Shown here in pieces: positions 1 through 7,462 of a stretch of DNA of 20,000 bases. The translations under genes were made by a program, and so were the position numbers. The stretch lies in the IMG/VR virus record IMGVR_UViG_3300009431_000005; one strand, given 5' to 3'. Source of the DNA: an uncultured virus (IMG/VR IMGVR_UViG_3300009431_000005) (lineage: Duplodnaviria; Heunggongvirae; Uroviricota; Caudoviricetes). Every line of letters starts with the position of its first letter. Position 1 is the first letter of the stretch. Below the pieces are notes generated by a model. That model did not search any database, was not told the origin of the DNA, and saw nothing but the letters and a program-made list of their open reading frames with translations.

Positions 1-200
1 GCGGGCGGGAGGCCCAGCTCCCGGCGCGTCCTGTTGATCCAACGGATCGCCGCCTTCTTGGCTTTCGCCATCCCACCGTGCGTCGCCGCACCGTGCCACT
101 TCGAGAAGTTCGTCCCGAACGCGCACACTCGTCCGAGATACCCGCGATGCCGACATCGCTGGCTCGGGAAGTGCGTGTCCACTCTTGAAAGGCCCTTCAT
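1..200 (-). CDS. Putative AP2-like DNA-binding protein (partial, runs off window edge)
   Basis: Hand translation from ATG at 200 (ATGA overlap with upstream stop): MKGLSRVDTHFPSQRCRHRGYLGRVCAFGTNFSKWHGAATHGGMAKAKKAAIRWINRTRRELGLPP. Pattern KG.SR.D...G...RV...G....K......GG...A...A resembles bacterial/phage AP2 domains. Third codon positions are GC-rich. Confidence 0.5.
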   Translation of the reverse strand, partial: MKGLSRVDTHFPSQRCRHRGYLGRVCAFGTNFSKWHGAATHGGMAKAKKAAIRWINRTRRELGLPP

Positions 201-361
201 GCCAGCACCCCCATCAAAGCGGCTCCGAGAGCCAAGCCCGTGAGAGCGCAGACAGAGGCGACCACCCACCACGGCAATCGGCGGCGGGGAACCTCGCCCG
301 CGATCCGCGCCGCCATCTCCGGCGAGGCGTAGCGCAGGCTGTCCAGTGTCTGCGGTTTCAT
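197..361 (-). CDS. Small membrane protein (54 aa, C-terminal TM helix)
   Basis: Hand translation MKPQTLDSLRYASPEMAARIAGEVPRRRLPWWVVASVCALTGLALGAALMGVLA*. ATGA overlaps at both ends. Confidence 0.65.
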   Translation of the reverse strand: MKPQTLDSLRYASPEMAARIAGEVPRRRLPWWVVASVCALTGLALGAALMGVLA

Positions 362-498
362 AGTTTCGCTTTCCTCATGGCGTCAAGCCGAGTCGGACGG
401 GAACGCGGCCGACGCCCTACCGCGATCCCCACAATGAAAGCCACGAGGCAAAGCCACGCGACCTCGATCCAATGGAAGGTCAGCTCCTCGCACCCCAT
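358..498 (-). CDS. Small membrane protein (~46 aa)
   Basis: 3' part of ORF 358..744. Hydrophobic stretch WIEVAWLCLVAFIVGIAVG followed by a basic tail; fills the gap in the operon. Start uncertain. Confidence 0.5.
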   Translation of the reverse strand: MGCEELTFHWIEVAWLCLVAFIVGIAVGRRPRSRPTRLDAMRKAKL

Positions 499-884
499 AC
501 GTCGACCTTGTGACGTTCGAGCGAGTCGATCAACTGGTCGACGGCCCGGCGGCTCTTCATCCGCAGGCCGACGGTGGGCACCTCGTCGATGATGAGCATG
601 AGGACCACGGCCTCGGGAGGCGTGCGGTCCGGCACCGGGTCCGACGACCATGAGAGCACGTCGTAGCCGACCAGCGCCATGTCGGGCAGCGGCGGCATCA
701 CTCCCGAGCCGTGCGGTTCCGGGAGAGGTCTGCGCTTCCCGCACGGGAGCCCGCCGATGAACTCCGCCGCGTCCTGCGTCGCCTCGTCGTACCCGTGCCG
801 TTCGCGCAGCACCTTGATGATCGCGGCCAGCTTGTTCCCCAACCGCTCCGCGACCGCGCTGTCAGGTTCTCTCGTCTCACTCAT
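480..884 (-). CDS. Hypothetical protein (134 aa)
   Basis: ATGA overlap with the sbcD-like stop; normal globular composition. Confidence 0.7.
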   Translation of the reverse strand: MSETREPDSAVAERLGNKLAAIIKVLRERHGYDEATQDAAEFIGGLPCGKRRPLPEPHGSGVMPPLPDMALVGYDVLSWSSDPVPDRTPPEAVVLMLIIDEVPTVGLRMKSRRAVDQLIDSLERHKVDVWGARS

Positions 885-1903
885 AGCTTCGCTTGCTCCA
901 GTAGCTCCAGGCCGAGATCCACAAGGCTCGCGGCGACCAGCTCATCCTTCTCCGTGATCCCTTGGTACTCGACGTATGCCGCCAGCGCCTCCTCGTGCGA
1001 GTCGCTGCTGTGAACATCGAGGCGCGGGTCGTCGTCGTCGAACTCGACGACGGTGGACTCGACCTTCTGCGTCTGCGCCACAGCCTCCTCGAACTTGGCG
1101 CTCGCGTCCGCCGGGTCTTCGAGTTGCACGCGCACGAAGTCACACTCGCGCACGCCGGACAGATCGGCATCCGCATCGTTGACGATGATGAAGCGCGGGG
1201 ACTCCGTGTTCTCGACCAGCGTCACGGGCGGAGAGTCCGCAGCGTCATAGATCAGGAAGCCCCGCAGCCCCCCCGCGTCGCCGTAGTGCCACTGCATCGG
1301 CGCACCGCAGTACCGGATCTTGCCGTCCAGGAGCGAGATCGGTTCGTGAACGTCGCCGAGGATGATCCGGTGCCAGTGGTCCGGCATCAGGTCTGCGATC
1401 GCGCGGCCCTTGCCGGTCGGCACCGCGCCCTCCACGAGACAGTGAGAGAGCAGTACCTGCGCACCGCCGTGCTGCACGAGCTTCTTCACGCCCGCGCGGA
1501 ACGCAGCGTCGTCCTCGACCCACGGCATGAACGCGAAGCCCTCCGAGACGGCGGGCTCGTCGTACACGTCGGCCATCCCGCCGAACACCTGCAGGCTCGT
1601 GTACTGAGGCGTGCGCAGGTAGCTGTCGTGGTTCCCGGCGAGGATCTTGACCGGCATCTCAGCCGCCGCAGCCGCCACGGTGCGACAGACCTGATCGAGC
1701 ACCGACACGTCGATCTCCGTGCGCGAGTCGAACACGTCGCCGAGGATGATGAGTCCGTCACACCCCTCCTCCTGCGCCTTCTCGACGACCCACTCGAAGC
1801 AACGCACCGCGTCGACGAGGCGCGTCGAGAGCCCCGTCGAGTTGATGGTGGCGTAGCGGAGCTGCTGGTCGAACTGCGTGTCACCCGTGATCGCCCAACG
1901 CAT
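881..1903 (-). CDS. sbcD: SbcD/Mre11/gp47-like metallophosphoesterase DNA nuclease
   Basis: Calcineurin-like motifs: AITGDTQF, ILGDVFD, LAGNHD, LLSH, LGDVH, then YCGAPMQWHYGD (YxGSxxxxxFGD/E of SbcD) and a C-terminal capping domain. Confidence 0.88.
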   Translation of the reverse strand: MRWAITGDTQFDQQLRYATINSTGLSTRLVDAVRCFEWVVEKAQEEGCDGLIILGDVFDSRTEIDVSVLDQVCRTVAAAAAEMPVKILAGNHDSYLRTPQYTSLQVFGGMADVYDEPAVSEGFAFMPWVEDDAAFRAGVKKLVQHGGAQVLLSHCLVEGAVPTGKGRAIADLMPDHWHRIILGDVHEPISLLDGKIRYCGAPMQWHYGDAGGLRGFLIYDAADSPPVTLVENTESPRFIIVNDADADLSGVRECDFVRVQLEDPADASAKFEEAVAQTQKVESTVVEFDDDDPRLDVHSSDSHEEALAAYVEYQGITEKDELVAASLVDLGLELLEQAKL

Positions 1904-2295
1904 CAGCCCTCCCCCACGTTCCGCGCCGCCATGTCACGCGCCCAGGACATGAGGTGATCGGCCTCGGACTCGCTGGGGTCGCCACCCTTGAGACGCCGGA
2001 AGACGATCGGCCTCTGCGACTCCCGCGCGTGCTGGATGTCCTCGCACACTCCCTGCGAAAGCCCGTTGTCGACGTACACCGCGACCAAGTCGCTCCGGTC
2101 GATCCACGCCCACCCGGCCTCCATACCCCACCGCCGCTGCGTCTCGATGCTGTCGTCGAGAACCTGGGGGTACAGGAGATGCGACGCGAAGGGAGCCTCC
2201 CCTCGGAACAAACAGTCGCGGAGCGCAGCCCGCGCGTAGTCGAGGTTCGCCTCCACGTCCCCGGAGAACGGCGACAAGACTGCGACGTGCCTCAT
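1903..2295 (-). CDS. DUF4406-like / nucleoside deoxyribosyltransferase-fold protein
   Basis: SPFSGDVEANLDYAR...GEAPFASHLLYPQVLDD...R..GMEAG..W....D.V.VY.D.GLS.G matches a common phage family of NDT-like fold. Confidence 0.7.
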   Translation of the reverse strand: MRHVAVLSPFSGDVEANLDYARAALRDCLFRGEAPFASHLLYPQVLDDSIETQRRWGMEAGWAWIDRSDLVAVYVDNGLSQGVCEDIQHARESQRPIVFRRLKGGDPSESEADHLMSWARDMAARNVGEG

Positions 2296-2498
2296 GCCTT
2301 CGCCTCCGCTGCGCGAGCCGCGTCGACCTCGGACTCGTCCACATAGAAGCGGTCGGTGTCCATCTTGCGGAGCAGGCCAGAGATCACCTTCTCCGTTCGA
2401 CGTTCCCCGAGGGAGGTCAGCGCGATCCGCCGGACCTCCTCGTCCGTCTCAATCTCCCGCACGATCAGGTGCGCCTTCGCCTTTTGCTTCTTCGCCAT
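2292..2498 (-). CDS. Hypothetical protein (68 aa)
   Basis: GGAAGG RBS upstream; ATGA coupling to the next gene. Confidence 0.7.
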   Translation of the reverse strand: MAKKQKAKAHLIVREIETDEEVRRIALTSLGERRTEKVISGLLRKMDTDRFYVDESEVDAARAAEAKA

Positions 2499-2709
2499 CG
2501 CCTTCCTCTTCAGGGTCGTGCCCGGGGAGCCACTCGACGCGAGTGCGATCCTCGTACACGTCGATGAATCCGATCTGAGTACCGCCCCGCAGAATGGGGA
2601 GGTTGCCCGTGTTCGCCTTGGTCCTCGTTCCGATCACGTCGTCCGGCTGCAAGCCCATCAGGACTCGCTGCAGGTGCGCGACGGTCACGAATGGATGCGT
2701 AGTGCTCAC
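2449..2709 (-). CDS. Hypothetical protein (86 aa)
   Basis: GTGA overlap with the upstream stop; GGAGGAG RBS. Confidence 0.65.
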   Translation of the reverse strand: MSTTHPFVTVAHLQRVLMGLQPDDVIGTRTKANTGNLPILRGGTQIGFIDVYEDRTRVEWLPGHDPEEEGDGEEAKGEGAPDRAGD

Positions 2710-2897
2710 TCAGGCTCCTCCCGCGTCAGGCGACGAGGACCCGCCGTGCGTGCGCGCTGGTTGGTCTCGTGCATCACCGCAACGCAGACGACCAGCATCG
2801 GGAAGATCGCCCACCACACGCGCAGGCCCGGAGCCCAGCACACGATGGCGGCGAAAGAGAGGAGGCCGCTCGTGGCGGCGAGAGCGTTCGTCAGCAT
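2706..2897 (-). CDS. Small membrane protein, two predicted TM helices (63 aa)
   Basis: AGGAGG RBS; hydrophobic segments ALAATSGLLSFAAIVCWA and VWWAIFPMLVVCVAVM. Confidence 0.7.
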   Translation of the reverse strand: MLTNALAATSGLLSFAAIVCWAPGLRVWWAIFPMLVVCVAVMHETNQRARTAGPRRLTREEPE

Positions 2898-3115
2898 TTC
2901 CGTTCCTCCTTGAAGACGGGGGTTCCCTCACGAATCAGACTGCCACAGCGTCGGACGTTCAACGCGCGCTGTCGACCTCGACCGAGGGAAAGCAGCGAGT
3001 GCCCACACACCGGGCACTGCGCAAGCCGCAGAGGTCCACGACCCGGGCCGCGAACCCAACGGTACCAGTCCATGCAACGCGGGCAGTAGGCGTCGACGGT
3101 TTTGTTCGTCGGCAC
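2891..3115 (-). CDS. Zinc-ribbon protein (74 aa)
   Basis: CPRC...CPVC pairs; GAGG RBS; GTG start. Confidence 0.65.
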   Translation of the reverse strand: MPTNKTVDAYCPRCMDWYRWVRGPGRGPLRLAQCPVCGHSLLSLGRGRQRALNVRRCGSLIREGTPVFKEERKC

Positions 3116-3118
3116 GCC

Positions 3119-3481
3119 TCACTCCGATCGGGCCTCACGCTTCTGCCGCGCCCTCTCCTCCTTCGACATCAGGAGGTACACATCGGGGTCCTTGCCGTAC
3201 ACCGCACGCAGCGCCGGGTCTTCCACGCCGCTGCTCAGGTCGATCACGAACTGCTCGCCGCGCCTCTCCGCCGCGAGGATCGCGTCGCGCGGAGGCATCC
3301 TCCACGCGATCCCCTCGGGAGGGATGACATCCGGGGTGATGATATGCACGTCGGCTTCGGCGTCCTCGGAGACGAGAGGACGGGGCTGCGTCAGGGAAAG
3401 ACGAGTCCCCACGACGCAAGCAAGCCACACGAGAACGAGAACGCCGCAGATGGCGGCGAAGAGAGTGATGTAGGGATTCAT
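3119..3481 (-). CDS. Membrane-anchored hypothetical protein (120 aa)
   Basis: Start reassigned to ATG 3481 (ATGA overlap); N-terminal TM YITLFAAICGVLVLVWLACVVG. Confidence 0.7.
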   Translation of the reverse strand: MNPYITLFAAICGVLVLVWLACVVGTRLSLTQPRPLVSEDAEADVHIITPDVIPPEGIAWRMPPRDAILAAERRGEQFVIDLSSGVEDPALRAVYGKDPDVYLLMSKEERARQKREARSE

Positions 3482-4401
3482 AGGTCGAGACGGACTTTGT
3501 AGTGATGCTTGCCCAGTTGAGCCTCGGAGGGTCCGACCCACTTCGCGGGGATGCGGATGATCTTCCCGGCCGCCTTGGGCCATCGTTCATGGTCTTCAGG
3601 GTACCTGCGGTAGTGAGCCCGGCGGTGGTGCGCCGTCGGGCTCTTTCGTTGGCGACCCGGAGCCTCTTCGACAGGCTCGGGCAGAGGGAGCATCGTGCGG
3701 ATCTCCGTCACGGTGCGAAGGTGGAAGCGCGGACGTGCGTCCGAGCGAGCGATGCGCCCCTTCCGCTTCTCGGTTCGCGGTGGTATCTGCTCGACCACGA
3801 AGCGGTGAGGGGTATTGAAGTACATGATCTCCTCGATCGCCGCCCGCGCATTCCGTACGCCGCTGCGAGTGACCATCTCAGCGTCGTGCTTCGCCACGGC
3901 AGGCGGGACGATCATCGCATTCTTCGTAGCGGTGAAGTTGAGGTCGACCCAGCCCCGGAACTGCGCGCCGAGCTTGGACGCGCGCCCCGGCGTGAGTTCC
4001 TCTCCTTCGATCCAACCCATCGACACCATGATCGCACCCTTCGGGATGCTGCTGGGGTCCCTGGGTGGGCCGTACTGCTGAACCAGCTTCTCCCAGTCCT
4101 CGAAGGCTTCGTTCCGTCCGGGCAGCGGCATCCCCTCGATGAAGTACCGACGAGCGGCGCAGCCTTGCTGGTCGCGCTCCGCATCCCACAGCACGATGCA
4201 CGAGCCTGGGTCCTCGATCGCAACGTAGGGGAAGGGAAGGAAGAACGAGTCCCACACGAACTGCACGTCGTCCTCGTCAAACTCCTTCGGCAGCACCTCG
4301 TGCGCGACGCCGGGGAACTCAAACAGCTTCGCCTGACGCATGACGGGCCTCGCCTGCGGAAGCCACTTCTCGATCACGCCTGCGAGCTTGTCGAAGATCA
4401 C
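3478..4401 (-). CDS. Conserved-type phage protein with C-terminal SPxxHxRRxHxR motif (307 aa)
   Basis: N-terminal LPFPYVAIE and C-terminal RKSPTAHHRRAHYRR...I.IPAKWVG; GTGA coupling. Confidence 0.8.
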   Translation of the reverse strand: MIFDKLAGVIEKWLPQARPVMRQAKLFEFPGVAHEVLPKEFDEDDVQFVWDSFFLPFPYVAIEDPGSCIVLWDAERDQQGCAARRYFIEGMPLPGRNEAFEDWEKLVQQYGPPRDPSSIPKGAIMVSMGWIEGEELTPGRASKLGAQFRGWVDLNFTATKNAMIVPPAVAKHDAEMVTRSGVRNARAAIEEIMYFNTPHRFVVEQIPPRTEKRKGRIARSDARPRFHLRTVTEIRTMLPLPEPVEEAPGRQRKSPTAHHRRAHYRRYPEDHERWPKAAGKIIRIPAKWVGPSEAQLGKHHYKVRLDL

Positions 4402-4634
4402 GCGACGACCTCTCCTAGAAACCGGAGGACCTGCTGCGCGCAGCGGTGGCGAACCTTCAGCGCCACCTGCTCCAGCGCCAGCGGCGCGTTGATGTGTACG
4501 TCGGCGGGCTTGTAGTGGAAGCGCGGGTCCGCCTCCACCTCAGTGATCTCGACACGCGCCCACCCGCGCACAGAGCGCACGCGCTCCGCGTCGGTCTCGA
4601 AGACGAAGGTGGGCTGTTCTCCCTGTCCGGTCAT
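4398..4634 (-). CDS. Hypothetical protein (78 aa)
   Basis: GAGGTAGGA RBS; coupled to the downstream gene. Confidence 0.7.
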   Translation of the reverse strand: MTGQGEQPTFVFETDAERVRSVRGWARVEITEVEADPRFHYKPADVHINAPLALEQVALKVRHRCAQQVLRFLGEVVA

Positions 4635-4652
4635 TGGTCCTACCTCACTCGG

Positions 4653-5015
4653 TCAGATGCTGATCTCCCGCCAGTCCGGCTCGATGCGGTCGAGCCACGC
4701 AAGGTGCTCCTCGAAGTCGCCCTCGGCACTCGGACGCATGAGTCCGGCCTTCACGAGCCCGAGCGGCGCACCCGGGAGTCGCATCTGCTCCTGGCGGCAG
4801 TTGCCGGTGGCGATTCGAGCGGCGGCGAAGCCCAGCTTCCCGTCCATCAAACCCTCGGCAGCCGCGCAGTCGTCGCAGCACTTCCCCGAGCCGTCCCGCG
4901 CGAGCGGGGCACCCGCCCCCTTCGGTAGCGGCATCACAGTCTCGAACCGGATCTCCCCTGCCCGCGCGAGCGCGAGACAGCGGGGACACGGATCTTCGGT
5001 CATCGGCTTAGTCAT
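4653..5015 (-). CDS. Cys-rich (CxxC...CxxC) hypothetical protein (~120 aa)
   Basis: CPRC and CCDDC; start probably ATG 5015 or 5003 rather than 5105. Confidence 0.7.
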   Translation of the reverse strand: MTKPMTEDPCPRCLALARAGEIRFETVMPLPKGAGAPLARDGSGKCCDDCAAAEGLMDGKLGFAAARIATGNCRQEQMRLPGAPLGLVKAGLMRPSAEGDFEEHLAWLDRIEPDWREISI

Positions 5016-5042
5016 GCCAGGAAAGTACCTGCCTAAGAGGAG

Positions 5043-5066
5043 AATCTCCCGACCCGACCGGAGATT
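5043..5066. terminator. Hairpin right after the exonuclease stop, possible terminator
   Basis: AATCTCC/GGAGATT inverted repeat; only weak pyrimidine tails. Confidence 0.3.
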
Positions 5067-5067
5067 T

Positions 5068-6048
5068 TCAGACGGTCGCCTCGGAAACGCGCCTCTCGGC
5101 CTCACGGAAGGGGGTTAGATACCGCTCCGGGTCCCCGAGGATCGAGCCCATCTCCAGGGCAGCACAGGCGCGGAGGAAGTCCTTGGGCCGCAGCGCAGGC
5201 GCGTCCTCCAGGGCCGCTGAGAGGCCCTGTGTGGGGCCGAAGGAAGCCCGGAGGTCGATGCCCGGGATCACCCGACGCAGCCGCAGGTGCGCAGCGAGGA
5301 GCGCCTCCTCGTACTTCCTGCAAGCCCCACGGGTCCGGATGTAGCCGCAGAGCATGTCGAGCTGCTGCGTGGGCTCGCGGAGGCCCATCACGCCGGGGTA
5401 CTCGTCCTCCAGCTCGTTGATGAGTCCGAGCGCGCGTTTCTCCCCGCAGCCCGGCACGCCCTCGACCGAGTCCGACTTATCGCCGACCAGGGTGCGGTAC
5501 AGGATGTAGTGCTTGGGATGGACGCCGGTCACATCGACGAAGCCGTCGGCGGTGACCCAGCACTTCGCGCCGAGGTCCCAGACCTCCGCTCCGAAGAGAA
5601 CGGTCTGGTACAGGTCGCGGTCGCTCGTGATGACGGCCGGTGCTTCGTCGCCCCACAGCCGCGCGGTCGCAGCCACGCCGTCGTCGGCCTCGCGGTCCTT
5701 GTACGCTAGACAGGTCACACCGAGCAGAGGGAACAGCTCCCAGCATCGGTCGATCTGAGCAAACGCCTTCTCCTTCTCCTCCTCGGGGAGCAGCTCGCGT
5801 CGTTCCTTGCGCTCGCCCTTGTAGCCGGGGAGCAGGCGCAGCCGTCGCGCCGGAACACCGCAGTCGAAGAAAGCGACGATGCGCCCCGCGTCCATCTCCG
5901 GCATGAGCAGGAGGGAGCGGAGCATGTTGAGCGAGCCGTAGATCCCGCCGGTGTACGTCCCGTCGGCTTTCAGGTCGCTCAAGGCGGACGCCATCACGTT
6001 CCTGATGATCAGGCTGTTGGCGTCGATGATGACAGGTCGTGCGCGCAT
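5068..6048 (-). CDS. 5'-3' exonuclease / flap endonuclease (PolI N-terminal domain, T4 RNase H-like)
   Basis: IIDANS, AFFD, R..LLPGYKGER, EADD, ITSDRDLYQ, and H3TH LVGDKSDSVEGVPGCGEKRA. Start at ATG 6048. Confidence 0.93.
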   Translation of the reverse strand: MRARPVIIDANSLIIRNVMASALSDLKADGTYTGGIYGSLNMLRSLLLMPEMDAGRIVAFFDCGVPARRLRLLPGYKGERKERRELLPEEEKEKAFAQIDRCWELFPLLGVTCLAYKDREADDGVAATARLWGDEAPAVITSDRDLYQTVLFGAEVWDLGAKCWVTADGFVDVTGVHPKHYILYRTLVGDKSDSVEGVPGCGEKRALGLINELEDEYPGVMGLREPTQQLDMLCGYIRTRGACRKYEEALLAAHLRLRRVIPGIDLRASFGPTQGLSAALEDAPALRPKDFLRACAALEMGSILGDPERYLTPFREAERRVSEATV

Positions 6049-6061
6049 ATCAGTCCCCGTC

Positions 6062-6099
6062 GAAAGTGAGAGGGGGTGCAGGTTGCCCCACACCCCCTC
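6062..6099 (-). terminator. Stem-loop between parB and the exonuclease gene
   Basis: 9-bp perfect stem GAGGGGGTG/CACCCCCTC with an inner GCAA loop on the minus strand, followed by TCACTTTC. Confidence 0.45.
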
Positions 6100-6127
6100 A
6101 GCTCGACACAGGTGGGATGAGGGGAAC

Positions 6128-7363
6128 CTAGTCGAGATCCGCGTCGGGCGTGTGCTTGGCGGCTTCCGCCTTGACCACGGCCATGAACGCAGCCAGCTCC
6201 TTCTGCAGCTTCGCGTACGACGGGTCGCCCTTGTCCGGAGTCAGCTCCGGAGCCACCGGGTCGTCCAGGTCGCCGCGATCCCACAGCGAGTAGGCGATCG
6301 CCCCGAGCAGCTCGTGGTACTCGGTCGAGCCCACGTCGCTCGCGTCGGTGTGCCCCAGCTCGTAGCACATGCGCTGGAGCATCGTCTGCTTCTCGGTCGA
6401 GGAGCGCCACGCGGTGAGGGACCGCTTCGGGTCCTTGCCCTTGGCCGTCTTCTGCGGCTCACCCTTCGCGGCGGCCTTCGCCTTCGTCTCCGTCTCGGCC
6501 GCCTTGCGCAGCTTGCGGATCTCGGGCGCGGTCGTGCTCGCGCTGATCTCACCCGCGAGCTTCTTCCGCATGGCCGGAGTGAGCTTGGCGACCTCCAGCC
6601 CGGCGTCGACGGACATCGTGCCCTTCGAGATGCGCTCCCGCACGTCGGTAGGCGTCTCCATCAGCTTGAGCGCACGGCGGACGCGGGCGATGTTGAGGCC
6701 GGTCTCCCGAGCGATGTGCGCAGGGAGCCACTCCTTCTTCGTGAGCTTCGCCACGACCCCGCCGATCTCCAGCATCGTGAGATTCGTGCGGCCGTCCTCG
6801 GAGTTCTCCGCAACGGCCACGGCGAGGGAACGCTCGTTGTCGCCCACGAGGTCGGTGCGCACCGTGCAGAGCACCGGGTCCTTGTAGCCGAGCTTCTTCA
6901 GCGCGAGATACCGACGCTCACCCGCGACGATCTCGTACTTCCCGGCGGCCTTCGCCGGTCGCACCACGAGCGAGGAGAGCAGACCCTCAGCCTTGATCGA
7001 GGCCATCAGGTCGTCGATGTCCCCCGGCGTCCCGCGCGGGTTGAACCCGGGGATGACAGCGAGCTGCTTCAGGTCGAGCGCAGCGGCGGTGCCTCGCTTC
7101 TTCGACGCGCCCAGGCGCAGCTCGGGATCGCCGGGCTTGCCCTTCGGCATCGAAGGCGGAGCGGCGGCAGTCCGCGCGGCGGCACCGGCCTTCTTCGTGA
7201 CCTTCTTCTTGGTGCTCGCCTTCTTGCGCGTCGCGCCGGTCTTCTTCGTGACCTTCTTCTTGCGCGTCGTAGTCCCCCCGGTCTTCCGGGAGGTGGTCTT
7301 CTTCTTGCCGACCTTCTTCTTGGTCGTCCGCTTTTTGCGGTTGGCGGTTGCGGTTGCAGACAC
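6128..7363 (-). CDS. parB: ParB/Spo0J-family CTPase-fold DNA-binding protein with histone-H1-like N-terminal tail
   Basis: NPR...IDDLMASIKAEGLL..LVVR...YEIVAGERRYLAL (ParB GxRR motif), AENSEDGRTNL, then an HTH (PAHIARETGLNIARVRRAL). AGGAGG RBS before the GTG start. Confidence 0.9.
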   Translation of the reverse strand: MSATATANRKKRTTKKKVGKKKTTSRKTGGTTTRKKKVTKKTGATRKKASTKKKVTKKAGAAARTAAAPPSMPKGKPGDPELRLGASKKRGTAAALDLKQLAVIPGFNPRGTPGDIDDLMASIKAEGLLSSLVVRPAKAAGKYEIVAGERRYLALKKLGYKDPVLCTVRTDLVGDNERSLAVAVAENSEDGRTNLTMLEIGGVVAKLTKKEWLPAHIARETGLNIARVRRALKLMETPTDVRERISKGTMSVDAGLEVAKLTPAMRKKLAGEISASTTAPEIRKLRKAAETETKAKAAAKGEPQKTAKGKDPKRSLTAWRSSTEKQTMLQRMCYELGHTDASDVGSTEYHELLGAIAYSLWDRGDLDDPVAPELTPDKGDPSYAKLQKELAAFMAVVKAEAAKHTPDADLD

Positions 7364-7420
7364 GGGGGCCTCCTGGGGCTATCGGTTCCTAGTCGTAGCG
7401 AGGGCCGGGCGGCCCCCGGT

Positions 7421-7456
7421 GCCGCTGAAGTTACCTCCAGCGGCGAGAGCGGTCAA
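7421..7456 (-). promoter_or_regulatory. Sigma70-type promoter for parB with overlapping palindrome
   Basis: TTGACC (7456-7451), 17 bp, TAACTT (7433-7428); GCCGCTGGAG-GTAA-CTTCAGCGGC inverted repeat over the -10 box. Confidence 0.6.
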
Positions 7457-7462
7457 CGCGGG

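Noticed and set aside
7190..7330. CTT-rich repeats as a CRISPR or iteron array
   Set aside because: Irregular spacing, and they are in-frame Lys codons within coding sequence.
7180..7363. Lys-rich tags as eukaryotic nuclear localisation signals
   Set aside because: SD sequences, GTG starts, coupled operons and sigma70 promoters indicate a bacterial host.
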